64,000 nt of DNA from the NCBI RefSeq assembly GCF_001194135.2, contig NC_068988.1, positions 17,200,680 to 17,264,679 on the forward strand. Reading direction: 5' to 3'. Both the position numbers and the translations under genes were made by a program. The notes beneath the pieces are model-generated. The model ran no database searches, was not told the DNA's origin, and saw nothing but the letters and a program-made list of their open reading frames with translations. Source of the DNA: Octopus bimaculoides. Its lineage: Eukaryota. Of the stretch, positions 12,930-26,699 are shown piece after piece. How positions within the stretch are numbered: the first letter of the stretch is position 1; each line of letters starts with the position of its first letter.

Positions 12930-13300
12930 TAGCATATTTACCTTAATTGAATGCATCTGATTTGTCTTTTACATATATTCCTGGTACCAGTGAATTTTTC
13001 AGAATTAATCATGTTTCAGCTGTGCAAAGGTCACATCTTCTACTGTCATTTACATATGGCCCACAATCATCAACAATCCCCCAGCAGTTATCGCAATTCA
13101 CAGCTTGAGAATGGCTGGAAACGTATGACATATTAAGTTGGTAGCTAAAACTATAGCTTCTACACAGCTGAAGAACGATTTTCATGAAAATATCATTGAA
13201 ACAAAGAATTAATTTAAATTTCAAATCGGAAGCATTCAGTAAAAGTAAATACGCCGATAAATTTACATTATCAAACTAGACAATGTAACCTTGAATGAGA
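12930..13300 (-). mobile_element. Penelope-like element remnant (GIY-YIG endonuclease C-terminal part)
   Basis: Minus ORF 13009-13224 ends WGIVDDCGPYVNDSRRCDLCTAET, then *LILK. This resembles the PLE pattern W.I.....PY....RC.LC..EK..I. A degenerate FIG motif lies upstream. Confidence 0.5.
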
Positions 13301-13759
13301 CAGTACAATGTCTTCAGACCTTAGCAGCGATAGCTTAGACGCAAGACTTTAAATTTAAACACTATAATAATATTTTGTCTCCTCAGTTCTCATTGATTTT
13401 ATTTCAATTTTTTTACCTTAATTCTTTCTTCACGTCTATATAGAATTCAATATCTGTTTTTAAAGTGTATGCTATGCATTGCATATAGACTTTATGTACG
13501 TTTTGTGTTTGTATGTATGCGTGTATGTGTGTGTGTACGGAATATTAACTTTTCAAAAATTATATGTGTATGATATTGAATGAAATTTGACAGTAAACTA
13601 TAAAGAAATTTAACACCTTTAAGTTTATTCTTGAGGATATCCCTTTGATATTTTACTGGGCTGGAAGATGAAAATAAGAGACAATTTTATTTTTCTATAA
13701 TGCTTAGTTTGACATTTCGTCCTCGGACGTCTCTTTGGCGAAACTACGATTTCATTAGT

Positions 13760-13830
13760 AGCCGAATCATTGTATTAGCAACAAACAAGATGATGACAAA
13801 TATCCGTCAAATGTAAATAATGTAAATACC
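13760..13830 (+). mobile_element. Solo tail of the palindromic repeat family (as at 425-960)
   Basis: CAACAAACAAGATGATGACAAATATCCGTCAAATGTAAATAATGTAAA nearly matches the arm termini at 425-475 (reverse complement) and 885-930. Confidence 0.75.
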
Positions 13831-14674
13831 GTACATGTATTTTTTATGTATGTTTAATTATAGGTGTATATATGTGTGTGCATTGGTGTGTGTGTGTGTG
13901 CGTGTATTATGTGTGTATATGTGTGTGTGTGGTGGAGTGTTTGATTTATATATGTAATGCACATGTCGGTTTTTGTAGAAATTATTATTATGTCATTATT
14001 CCAACTTTCGTACACTATTTTCTCTGAATCACATGCTTCAAAATTTCTTTTCGGTATTTCAAGTAGATGTGCAATGATTATTCCACGTATGTTTTGTTTA
14101 AATATAATGTGCATACTCCTTACATAGATATACGTGGTAGTATATAACACGTTTGAGCACGTATATAAATATGTAACCCTACATATATGTACATATGTAT
14201 AAAGACGCACGGCAATATTATATGTTTCCCTTATTTTGGAATCACATTAGCTAGAGAGATATATTGGGCAGTTGCATGTCTCGATATATATCAGATTAAT
14301 GGTTTTATGTTTTCTTCCTTAAAACATGACGTCTAACTACTTTAATTGAAGTATGTCCAGTTGTGTGTATTTTCAGAAGACCTATTACTTCTGTAAATTG
14401 TTTAATGGAAAATCAATATACAATTTGAAGTTGAAGTATTATTGCAATCGCCCTGTGAGTTAAATGGAAACCGAATAATTCTTCCAGGGAAAATCAGTTT
14501 TCTTATAAGCCTGTTGAATATCTTGATGAAGATACAAAATAAAATGATATATACATCCACAATATAATACAATATTCATCACGATTCTTCTTATGCATAT
14601 AAAATAGAGGGGCCATACTTTATTTGAAGCTGTCATTAAAAACATAAACGCGCGCTGACATACGAACAGACACG

Positions 14675-14735
<61 letters not shown>

Positions 14736-14770
14736 NNNNNNNNNNTATATATATATATATATACACACAC

Positions 14771-14811
<41 letters not shown>

Positions 14812-17066
14812 TGTGCCTAATTTTAAATCGTTGATATTTAATCTCATGTTTGTATCTCATTTTCAAAAAAAGATAATCGTCTATTATTATATTATTTGTT
14901 TGAAAATTGTAGTAGAAACGTAAAAGTGAAAATATTTACAATTCGAAATCCTACCTTCATATTGTGTGTGTATGTGTATCTGTGTATTTATGTTTGCTTG
15001 TGCTTGTGTTCATATCTTAATCCCTCATCACGCCAACGTTTATAGCTACAGAAAATGTCTATTTCTTCATATGAGCAATTGACTACACAGTTATGGAGAA
15101 ACCAAGAATCTTAAAGAACATTCTTTATCATTGCACGATGCTTCATTTACGTTTATATTGGTTAGGTATGAATATTTATTCAACAACTTCGTGGCTTTGT
15201 TTAGGGAAAAGCTTTGCAGCAATAGAGAACACCGTTATCCAAAGCTTTCATTCAAGTGAAATTTGAATAACAATTATCAATGAAGTTATTAAACACTGAT
15301 TTGAAATTTGATTATATTAATTCCATTAATGAAAGCAGCATAAAAATCCTTTCTTCAAGTTGAAACTTACAGCGGGATGTTACAATATTTGCATCTCCTC
15401 TGTGAGACAAATATGACATTTATTCACTATTTCTGTAAAAAAAAGAACCTATTCGATTTTGTCCCTGGTTTTGCTAAAACAAATATTTTTCAAGTTCTGA
15501 AGTCTGTAAATTCAGTACTGACGCAGCATTATCTATTTCGGGATCTGAATAAGTTTGTGTGTTGAGATAATCATCGGTGACTATTGTCACGTGTAGTACC
15601 TCGAGAAATCTTCAGTTGAGCAAGCGTTGCTTTATAAAACACTACCCATGAAAAGGAGAATCTGAATTAACTGCTAGATTAATTTAGAGACACGTAGATG
15701 GAAGCCATAGGTACATGTGTTGGTTGTTGTCTTTCGTAGCGCACTATGTCAGAAGCGATGTCATCGTGATTCGGATAATATAATTTTCATATTATTCTCA
15801 TTAATAAACTTGCAGTATTAAAAATGAGTTTATGAAATGTATAATACTGAATAACATAAATAGACTTGTTCAAATATGCAAAAACACCTAATTTTGTTGT
15901 TGCTATTGATGTGGTTATTTTTGCGCCATTCTTCTCCATTCTTTTACGTTTCTTCTTTTAAATACTTCGGGAGATTTAACTTTCATTCTTCATTCGGATT
16001 TTCATCCTTACGATTATTTTAAAATAGCGAAAACAATTGTTAATTGGCAATTAACTTTACACTTGCCATCATGTTGGTTCGGTCAATAGAAATAATCGAA
16101 TCCATTGAAAATTTCGCCTCTGGATATTTGACCCATCCCAAACAATTTATTTCAGTGACACATAGTTCACCTCACACTTGTCAGCGCTCTTAATAACAAT
16201 CAGTGAAATGGCGTTATATACCTGAATTAGATATTCTACTTCATAGATACACAAATAAAATCTCTCTTCCTTCTCTCTTTGTTTCCTTTTCTCCCTAGAG
16301 TTGTATATATCAAATTTCTTCCTAATACTCACTGTATCACTATTATACTATTCTATATTCCACATTTCACAATATTCTATTCTACTATTCTATTTTTCAC
16401 ATTATCTTTTGCCCACTCTTTCCCACACATTTTCCACAGCATTGACTTTCTCTCCCCAACTCAATTTCTGTTCCTTCGTTAATTTATTATTATTCCAGCA
16501 CCCTCTTCCACAACTTATTATCTTTATTATACCAAAGTTTCATGATTACACGCGTAATTTTCTTCACAAATGTTCGACTACAAATTCCTATGTCGCTCTC
16601 ACATTTTCTATCACATTATTTTTATGAATATATTACACTTACAATTTTCCGTATAAGTATTTGCTTCTTTATTACAAAGAACGACACAAAGAAATTCCTT
16701 TTGTTAATAATTAAGTTTTGTAAAGAAACACTTTTTGTTCAGGAATTGTTCAGCCTCTTCTTCAGAAAATGCAGCTTTTGAAAGAAAGTATCAAAAGCCT
16801 TTCGTTTAAGGGTCACACCCCTAGTAAAAATCTCATTTCATTATTTATTTATTTATTTATTAGCAACATTTATTACAGTTATTCAAACACGGGAACAAAA
16901 GTACATATATAAGTGCGTGTCTGTATATGTATATATGCATTTATATTGATATAACCATAAATATAAAAGTGTGGCATGTGTGTATGCATTAGTTTATATA
17001 TATATATATATATTTATATGTGTGTGTGTATATACATCATGTATATATGATGTGTGCATAAATGTC

Positions 17067-17097
<31 letters not shown>

Positions 17098-17155
17098 CAC
17101 ATCTTATATCTACATGCATACATGTACGTATGTATATATATATATATAATAAACG

Positions 17156-17221
<66 letters not shown>

Positions 17222-17379
17222 ATGTATAGTCATATCGAAAAAAACGAACATTGAAAATAACAATAACAAACAACAAGTGGATTTACGCATAAAATGCATT
17301 AGTTTGACGCTCACATGTGTGTATGTGTATGTGCATGTGTGTGTTTGTGGCAGTGTTCTAGAATAAGATAATTAAAGAA

Positions 17380-17760
17380 TTGATTATTATATGGTAAACT
17401 CTGTTTCTTGTAAAGATCCCTGGCCAACGCAGTGGAGATAACAATTAAGATATTCTTATATGGTACCTCTCCTGATCTTTGTGTATATTTTGACCTTTTG
17501 TACTCTTTCACGTAAAACTCGTGTACTCTCGTCCAATTTGGGAATGTGTACCATGATTGAATGGTGGGGAACTTCAGCAACAGTCTTGATCTACTGCACA
17601 TGAAACCATTCGTGTCATTGTTAAACCACAAATAAAGAACATTCATATCCCAATCCGAGTTCGACTACCATCCGTGCAGCATCTATATTCTTTTCCATGA
17701 CTTTCATATCGTATGTCCCTATCGTAAGGCTTCACTTCCACACACGCCAGCTTAATCCAA
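17380..17760 (-). mobile_element. RTE-like LINE remnant, apurinic endonuclease domain
   Basis: Minus translation LTIGTYDMK...MNVLYLWFNNDTNG...GEVPYKNILIVISTALA loosely follows the APE motifs IGTWNV / DILGL.E.RW / P..I.IIQVYAPT. Confidence 0.4.
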
Positions 17761-18399
17761 TTCGTCCTTAGTCGAAAGACACCCGTTGTTGATGTCCTGT
17801 TGTTTGTATTTGTACTTGTGTACCATTTCTCCGTTTGTTTTTTGTCTTTGTTTTCCTATACATTCGCTTGCTTTCTTCCAGGGAAGTTAGTGCTCTTAGC
17901 TTAGATTTTCTTGGGGCTGGCCAGATTGGGGCAGTCGCGAGTGTAATTAGCCGAACTACTGAGAAAATCTGGAGCTCGACTTAAGATAGAAAACTCCGAA
18001 TGACCCGTCCCGGTTTTTTCCTGTGCTTTTTTGTATCGTTTCACTGTCCGGATGTTTTGCTGTTGCCTGTTACGTTCTTGTTCCATTTTTGTTTTCTCTC
18101 TCTCTCTATATATATATATGTATAGGTGTTATGTATATGTATCTGTGTGTGTGCATGTGTGTGTGGCTTATCTCATATTCCTTTAACGGTTATGGAGAAA
18201 GCTGTAGTGTTCTTGAAATAAAAGTATGTTTGCATTTCCGAATACTCAAGGAGAAAGAAAAGATTAGATATTCACAGAAACTTGTTGATATCAGCTTCGA
18301 AGTTTTCAAAGATGATCGTTTGTGTGTTCGACCACAGAAAGCTGTAGATATGCAAGCTTTTAAACTTTATTATCATTATTATGCGGAGTAGCCATGTCT

Positions 18400-21300
18400 C
18401 ATAGACAAGATGAGTCACAACTCTTGGTTAATAATCGTCGTAGAGGTGTTAACGTGAAGAAAATTAACACTTGGTGGTAAAGGGAAAATGACTCATAGCA
18501 GATTGGTCATCATCTGGATCAACAAGGGCTACGTCCACTATGGAGGAATCGGCCGGGGGTATAAAAGACTGCAGAGGGAAGAAGCTCTTCTACAGGTACA
18601 GATCAATATCAAGCCATGCTCTCCATATTCAAGAGCAGAACAAAGACAAATATCTAAATGTATCAAAAGAAACCGAGAGGAGCATAAGGAAATGATATAT
18701 AGTGATACACGCATGTTATCACTCGTTAGAAAACTATATGAATCAAAAGTGTATTGAGGGAAAGAAATCCAAAAATGAATCTAAACATGAATGCAAACAA
18801 ACTTGCAAATGTAAGAAGTGATTTTCTGAGAAACGAGCGACTAACAGACGAAGAGTTAAACGAAATCAAGAGGAAAGTTAAAAAAGATTTGAGAACATGA
18901 TTTTCAGGTATGGATGAACATGATTAATGTGACTGGAGAGAAACCACAAAAACTTAGTGACGAAGTTGTCTTCGGAAGAAATTACACAAAAATCGAAAGT
19001 GTCAGAAATAAAGCGGAACAGAAACAATCTGTAAACAGATAAACAATATGGATGAAGATACTTTTGCTCATGAGTATACAGATCGGCTTGAACATACAAA
19101 GCAAGAAATTCTCATTGAATTTGATAAAGTAAAAATCATTTGTATGACTCACTATGAGGCATTGCGGAAACTTACAAAAACGACCAGAACACAAGACATT
19201 TTTCTTTCTATTGGAAATCAGTCTGTTAATGCAATAACTGAAAAGATAGAACCTGATGTATCAGAATTGAAGGAGGTTATATATGCAGTAGCAACGGCAG
19301 CAGAAGGAAAATCTATGTCAAATAAAAGACGAAAAGGACGAAAAGCCCAAAACAACTTGGAAGACAAAATGTGAAAGGTGATTAAGTAATACAAAATAAA
19401 TTTTAAACATGATTTGCCATTGAGCAAAGAGACACTGAAACTGAAAGTACAGCTGAGATCTCCAAGAATCAGAAAATTCGAAAGACGTAACAGGTTCCAG
19501 GAACAAAATTGGCTATTTGTGCCAGATGCAAAAGGGCTTACATGTAAAGTGAGACATGTAAAGTGAGACATGTAAAGTGAGACAATTTAGGTAAATGAAA
19601 CTTCTTCCATTTTTGAGATTGAAGGAGTTCGGAAAACAATATGGAATACAGAATATCCAGTAACGACAATGCAAATGGATAGAGGACATTCAGTAATTTC
19701 GAAAAGCTAATGCAACTAGACATAACTATATCAGAATTTGAGTTAGCAGTAAAGAAACTCAACAAATGTAAACCTCCCGGTAGTGAAACAATGCCAATCT
19801 TCTGGTTGTGTTATCTAGCAGCTACATATGATATACTGCTAAAATGTTATAACGAAATTCTGCACAACACTTAGAAAAGCACTGGGACTTACGACTGTAA
19901 ATACCGACTTCTGATTAACTGTATTATCCTAGAAAGTTGTCATAGTAAGCGTCATCTACTACAGAAGGATTTTAAAGACGTTGGATTTCTGAACATTATC
20001 ATACGCTGATGGAATATTAAGTTCCCGCAACATAAGCATCAAGTGTGGTATTTTTTAAGGTGATTTGTTTTCCTCTCTTATATTTCGATTTGCATTGACA
20101 CCTGTGACACGAGAACTTTAAAAAAAACACGAAATGGGTGCAAAGTATAAAGCGAGACCATAAATCATCTTAAATGTTCTACAAAATTTGGCAGGGAACT
20201 GGAAGGACTGTGCGAGACTTTTAAGGTGTTCAAGAACGATGTACGTTTAACCACTGGGAAAGGAAAATGCGTGGAAACAACATTCAAGAAAGGCAGAAGA
20301 ACAAGCATATATTCAATGAGAATATACGTGGATATAGGAATTAAGGAACTGGAACAGAAGCACCTCCACAATTATTTAGGTATCAATGAAAACACCAGCA
20401 GTGCTCACTCTTGGCACTAAAGTTTTCCCAGTTAACATACCAGCCGCCTCGGGCAGGTGGCGAAATGTACCCCGGAGGAAGCATGCAAGCCGAATCGACC
20501 AGGAGTTGGAGGCACTACCGCAACGCAGACGGTGCCCAACATCGAAATCAACTGAAAGAATTAAATATCTACTATAGATGCATATACTTGCAACTGCCTA
20601 TATGAGGACATTAGAGAAATAAAGAAAATGGACTTCAGAATCAGAAAACGTCTGACCTGTAATAATCTACATCATTCAAAAGATTATATGGGTCACCTTT
20701 ATCTCCCTTGACGAAGTGAAGTTAGAGGAATGATCCAGCTTGATTTGGCTCACATCAAGTGCAAATGACTGGATGCTGAAATGGGCTACATCAAAGGAAA
20801 GGAGGAAAAATGTACGTTCAGTCAAGAAACACAGTAGGATGTTTTTGAAAAATAAGGAATACATAACGAACATTCGAAAATTATGCTGATTCTGCAATTT
20901 AGACTGCAACTCCCTTCAAAGCTTTGGCGAAAAGTTAGTAGTACAGAACCTGATATAGATAAAACTTTCACCTATGAGAGAATGCGGAGTTATGGGCTAA
21001 AAGCACAGAGTGGGGAATTCATTTTGGCCCAACATTCGAGCCAATGTAGCTTGAAATGTAACTAACCCAATATGTCGATTTTATAATAAGCTCATTAAGA
21101 CTTTTCACTGACTGATTTCAAACTATATAGAATTGGTTCTCCAGGAGTCATGATGGAATAAGGCAATATTCACATTGGGTAATGTGCAGATCGGACGCTA
21201 TAATGACAGATAAAAGATGATGCAAACATCACCCAGATGCAGAAACAGAGTACAATGATGTGGCAATTCTCCAAGATTTTCTTGTGAACACCGAATGACA

Positions 21301-21960
21301 GAGGTCAAACGCTCGATATATTTGTGAAGAACCGTAAAAATACATGCATTTTAGTTTACATGAGCATATCATCTGATTCTAGCATCTCCTAAGTGAAGGC
21401 GCATTGTTTAGTAGTTAGTTTTTTGGCTCACGATCGCAAAGTTGTGAGTTCAATTCCTGGCGAGGCGTTGTTTCCTTGAGCAATCTACTTTCTTTCTGTT
21501 GCTCCAAACCACTCAGCTGGCAAAAACGTGTAATACCTGTATTTCAAAGCGCCAGCCTTATCACACTCTGCCACGTTGAATCTTCCTGGAAACTACTTTA
21601 AGTATTGACGTTTCTGTGGAGTGCTCAGCCACCTGCACGTTAATTTCACGAGCAGGCTGTTCCATTGATCGGATCAACGTCGTAACCGACGAAGTGCCAA
21701 TTAGATGGGATAATTAAACGTACTTGAGAGAATGTTGTATCTTTAGGCCTACACAGTACCAGTGATAGTCGGTGCAGTTAGAAGGATAAGAAAAGAAACG
21801 GAAAAGTATTTGGAGCAGATTCCCTGGAAAGTCATCTATGCAGGAGATACAGAAAACTTTTCTGAGTGATGAGGACATTATCAATTCCTATAACTTGTAA
21901 ACACATTTAGTGTCTCTTATCGTTGAAGATGAAAGCCAGTTGATTGTTAAAGTGAATATT
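18400..21960 (+). mobile_element. R4/Dong-type non-LTR retrotransposon, near full span but heavily decayed, interrupted by a SINE
   Basis: N-terminal REEHKEMIY / NANKLANVRSDFLRNERLTDEELNEIK; RT-region KPPGSETMPIFWL (~19770) and GIF*GDLFSSL (~20050); thumb region HNYLGINE; after the SINE, VIVGAVRRIRKETEKYLEQIP..MQEIQK (~21765-21860), matching the endonuclease C-terminus of the 33.3 kb copy. Confidence 0.8.
21395..21700 (+). mobile_element. tRNA-derived SINE family A (diverged copy) inserted into the R4 endonuclease domain
   Basis: GAGTTCAATTCC B-box and CACGTTAATTTCACGAGCAGGCTGTTCC..GATCGGATCAAC tail shared with the 22611 copy. Confidence 0.8.
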
Positions 21961-22035
21961 ACCAAATGTTGCTTCGGGGATCGGGTTCAACTCGGCAAGA
22001 TATAAGAAAGATGCATAATTCAAAGGAAGTTACAC

Positions 22036-22160
22036 ATGATGATGATGATGATGATGACGACGACGACGATCATGATCATGATCATGATGATGGTGATGAT
22101 CATGATGTTGATGATGATGACGACGACAATGATGAAATGGAGGACAAGGAGGAGGAGGAT
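22036..22160. repeat. (GAT/GAC)n compound trinucleotide tract
   Basis: Directly visible; produces the poly-Asp ORF 21966-22196. Confidence 0.9.
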
Positions 22161-22608
22161 GTAGTAGTAAATCAACCGTATTTAGTTATGCAATAGAAAT
22201 GTTTAAAGTACAGCATAGTATCATCATCAAAATGTTACAACTGAAACCGAAAAGTGGAGTAAAGTAATTGCGATGTTAAGTTGTAAAGTGTCAGCTTTGT
22301 AAGTTCTAATTAAGCCGGTTTTCTGCTAACGTATATTATGAAGAGTTAGGAATTCCCGACGCAATCAGGTAAACTAATTTCTGAACAAGAATCCTCAGGT
22401 TCACGTAAGACACGTGCGATTATTACCTGAGAAGAAAACATTACTCGAGACGTATACGTATGCTTGTATTAGTGCGGGAGTATGTTTACATTTACGTGAA
22501 TATACGTACTTGCAAACACTAAAAAAAAAAATCACACACACACATACACACACGCATAGGTTTGATATTGAAGTATTTATGAGTAAGTGTTAGTTTATTT
22601 TAATGCAT

Positions 22609-22994
22609 GTGGAGGCGCAATGGCCCAGTGGTTAGGGCAGCAGACTCGCGGCCATAGGATTGCAGTTTCGATTCCCAGACCAGGCGTTGTGAGTGTTTAT
22701 TGAGCGAAAACACCTAAAGCTCCACGAAGCACCGGCAGGGGATGGTGGCGAACCCTGCTGTACTCTTCCACCACAACTTTCTCTCACTCTTTCTTCCTGT
22801 TTCTGTTGTGCCTGTAATTCAAAGGGTCAGCCTTGTCACACTGTGTCGCGCTGAATATATCCGAAAACTAGGTTAAGGGTACACGTGTCTATGGATTGCT
22901 GAGCCACTTGCACGTTAATTTCACGAGCAGGCTGTTCTGTTGATCGGATCAACTGGAACCCTCAATGTCGTAAGCGACGGAGTGCCAACAACAA
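22609..22994 (+). mobile_element. tRNA-derived SINE family A, full length
   Basis: A-box TGGCCCAGTGG, B-box-like GTTTCGATTCC, (CAA)n tail. Possible 7 bp TSD AATGCAT at 22602 and 22999. Highly similar to the 53033 and 61097 copies. Confidence 0.9.
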
Positions 22995-25900
22995 TTCAAA
23001 TGCATACATTTACACACACACACTTAGCCCAACGGGGAAAAGGTCTGTATACACATATGTGTGCATGTGTATGTGCGTATATTAGTGTATCTTGATTCTG
23101 GTCCAGCACATATTCCACTCCAAATCCTCGTTATATTAATCGCGAACACAAAGCATAGACAAGCCAGATTGTAATAGCGTGGAGTCATGTAATATATAAT
23201 AAAGATTTATATCAATATATTTTGAAATGTTTTGACTGTAAGAAAAATCTTTCTTACATAATTACTTGAAACACGTGTATTAAATGCATTCAAGAGGTCG
23301 ACATTTGATTTGTCTTATGACATATATGTGTGTAACTGTGTATGTATGTAAGTGAAGGAGAGAGATAATCCATATGAAGATTACATTCCAATATCCTCTA
23401 AAAACATCAAGCTTCCAATAAACTTCTACAAACTTCTATATTTATTTCCAAAGTTGCAGAATCTGTTTTGGCAGTGTGACAAAATTTTTGGAAAGTCACT
23501 ATAATAAAGTCATGCAGTTGCATCAGATCGAATTTTGTTATTGAGAAAAAGCACAAGACAATGACCACAGATTTATCTCCCACAAACAATCATCAGCTTT
23601 TGTAGAAATTACAGTCTTTAGAATTGTTATAGAGATACCGAGGGTAGTATTATATGAGAAATCAGGCCTCGATAATGGTTACGTCTTACAATATTTCTTT
23701 GAGTCATTTCATTTTCATTTCTACTCCCATTGCCGTCGAATTTATCAATCGTCATTCAGGGACGATGGTGGTAAGGGGCAGAGATATTCTGTTTCTCCAC
23801 TCAGCAATGATTGCACATACCGGCATGGAGGAATATTTAAGAAATATTTTACTTAAATTTAGAATTCAGAAATATAATATTCTAAGCTTTGGATATTTAG
23901 GATATTATATTTCTAAACTGAATAGAATTAAAACGACGCAATCTGCAGAATAACAGAATATGGGAGAAATATTTGCGAAAGGATGAGTGATAAAATAAAA
24001 ACGAATTGCTGATAAATATGTTTTCTAATTTAACTTCTGGATTATTTTCAACTCTAGAAAAACTATACAGAATACAGAACGTTGAAAGAAAAGTAAATTA
24101 AATACCAATAGAGAAAACAATATTGGTATGTGTTCATTAGTATTGATTTATTACACCAGGAAAAAAATTCTTGATTATGTTGATTACAGGCTAAATTATA
24201 TTGTGTGACGTCAATGTGTTTCTTGAGTTATTTAGTGACGGCACAGAAGCGAAATAGTTACTGCTGGGATTTATTGTCAGTCAACTTAGTTACATTCATT
24301 GCCGATTTTTTTAGCCTTCATTAACATATCTATATATTTTAGATTTATGATATGTGTATAAAAGATACGCGTATGAGTGCTTATTAATTATTAAAAATAT
24401 ATATATAAAGCACTCATGAATTATCATTAGGCAGCTTCTTTGCATTTATTTCGTTATCGCATTCGTTAGACTTCTTTAAATTATTTATATATCTTCGAGT
24501 TAGTTTGCTCATGTGTCTCTTTCCACATTTGATAATGCTTCATCAATTTTCACACTGGTTCCAATTTAAATTTCAGCCATTTTCTATTTAGATGCTCCTT
24601 CAAATCAGGCGTTCTTTTAAACAACACTATCAAAACATAGAAAGTGAATATCATTAGCCATGAAAACGCTATTGAAAATATTATTTTGTCGTTCAGTAAG
24701 TCGATATGCCATGCTGCCTCCAACTGCAGTTAACTACAGTTAGTCGTTTCTACAACCGATACACACAGCATAGTGTCTCAGATGCTATATAATTATGTCA
24801 TTTCTTCCCTCCTCTGAATAAATCATAAAGAGAAAGACGTTTCCTGCGAGTTACATTAGTGATGTAAGTAATTAGTTGATTCTGTGCATGTTGTGCAACG
24901 GTATATTACTGCACTGTTATGTATGAATCGTTTAAAGTAAAAATCAACACACTTCCATTTTGTTTATTAATTTTAGGATTTTATGCACTATTTGGTGTGC
25001 ATGTTAATTTAAACGTCTAGCTCCGTGGATAATTCATTTATATTTACAGTATAAATATTTTGAATTATTAGCCCTTTGGTTTACGGATAAATTTCTGAGC
25101 TGAAACATATTTGTTATTACTTACAACTAATTCCAGTTCAGAAACATGTACCTTCTTTATCAATTTGAAATTTGAAAATAAAACCAGTGTATGCATACCT
25201 ACAATCATTCATATTACCAGACTTAATCCAGTGACTGAATCAGCAACAAACCGAGTTTTAGCTGAGATACATTGAAACATTATGCTCTTACGCATTCTTA
25301 TGTCTAGTTCGCTCTAATTATTTGACCTGACCATCGAAGCACCATAGGAGTAGTATTGAAAGAAACTATTCTGATGGAAACTATTTATCTCAATACATTT
25401 TTGATGTTATATGCGTATATTGATCTAATGTATTGGTATGACATATTATATATTGTAATCTTAGTTTCTATATATTTAAGCTTCATTGTTCGTAAAACAC
25501 AAATAACTGATATTTATAATGTCTCACAAGTAGAAATATGCCGAGTTGAATGTTTACCTAAGTTCAAATATAAGTGTGTTATTTAGTGGTTAGGATTTTA
25601 AAATAACGACCCTTAGATCGGTGTTCCAATATTTAGACTGATGAATCCAACCACAGAATGGCATCTCGTTCAATGGTAGCTGGGTTGATATCATACATTT
25701 CATTGCTTGTATGGCATGGAAACAAAGATAAACACCAGCCTAAGTTTCCAGGGCCTCATTACTTGCCTAAAACTTAACAGCTGTATTTTACAGAAGCTTA
25801 TGTTGCGTATGTCATTCCATCTTGGAAATATATTTGCAGAAAGCAAGCAAAGTACACTTTTTCCATAATATAGATAAATAAAGAAATGGAGTCGAACGCA

Positions 25901-26484
25901 GGTGTTATTCAAATCATTATACTTACGACATATGTCTCGAAGAAAAGATTGGTATTATGCCAGAAGTAATAAAATGATGTAAAACAATACAATCTTCTCA
26001 TCACGGAAAAAAGAGAAACCAAATGCATCAATTAGACATTTTAACCGAATGTATTATCTGCATATATGATGAAGAGAATGCTGGTACGTTATTTTTTAAA
26101 GCATCTTTAATATATATAACGTCAAAGGCAATTCATAGACAGAGAAGCAAAAGGAAGTAAGAAATTAGCAGAAAAAAAGTGGAGAAATATAGTGCGATCG
26201 GTGAATAGGAATAAAGGTTAAAGGCATAGAGATAGAAATATTTAGTTAAAGGTCGAATTTTATAGACTGGTAGAAATTTCTTATAGGAATAAAAGTATGT
26301 TTTTTCAATGTTTGCAATGATAAACGCGTTCTTTAAACGTGTTTCCTAGAGGATTCTCTGATAACAGTATGAATTACATTTCATCGTTACAGAGCGAACA
26401 AAAAGATTTGCCCTTATCATACGGAAATGATTTCAATAAAATATTCCATTCCAAATCAAATTGTTTGTTATANNNNNNNNNNNN

Positions 26485-26699
26485 TAAGGGAGTTCTGAAA
26501 AGTCTTTGGTTTTAAGGGTGTCGTGAAAGGCCTGCTTGGAGGCTTAACATTTCGAGTTCTTTTACATTACTTAGAAAACCTGAAAGACAATTGCAACAAG
26601 CATATGTATCTGAGAGGGGAATACGTTGAATAAAATCGTGATTAACTGACCCACTTCTGTTTTCTGTTAGCCAAAGCCAAGACATTTTCAGTGCCCTTA
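26485..26699 (+). mobile_element. Mariner-derived MITE (deleted transposon)
   Basis: Imperfect TIRs TAAGGGAGTTCTGAAAAGTCTTTGG and CCAAGACATTTTCAGTGCCCTTA. Interior encodes LENLKDNCNKHMYLRGEYVE*, like a mariner transposase C-terminus. Left end abuts a gap. Confidence 0.7.

Noticed and set aside
19539-19582. ACATGTAAAGTGAG repeated three times, superficially a short regular array
   Set aside because: No spacers; a local slippage duplication inside the decayed LINE, not CRISPR.
22611-22690. tRNA-like sequences here and at 620-760, 53340-53419 and 61097-61165
   Set aside because: They continue into conserved SINE bodies and lack a clean cloverleaf; SINE heads, not tRNA genes.
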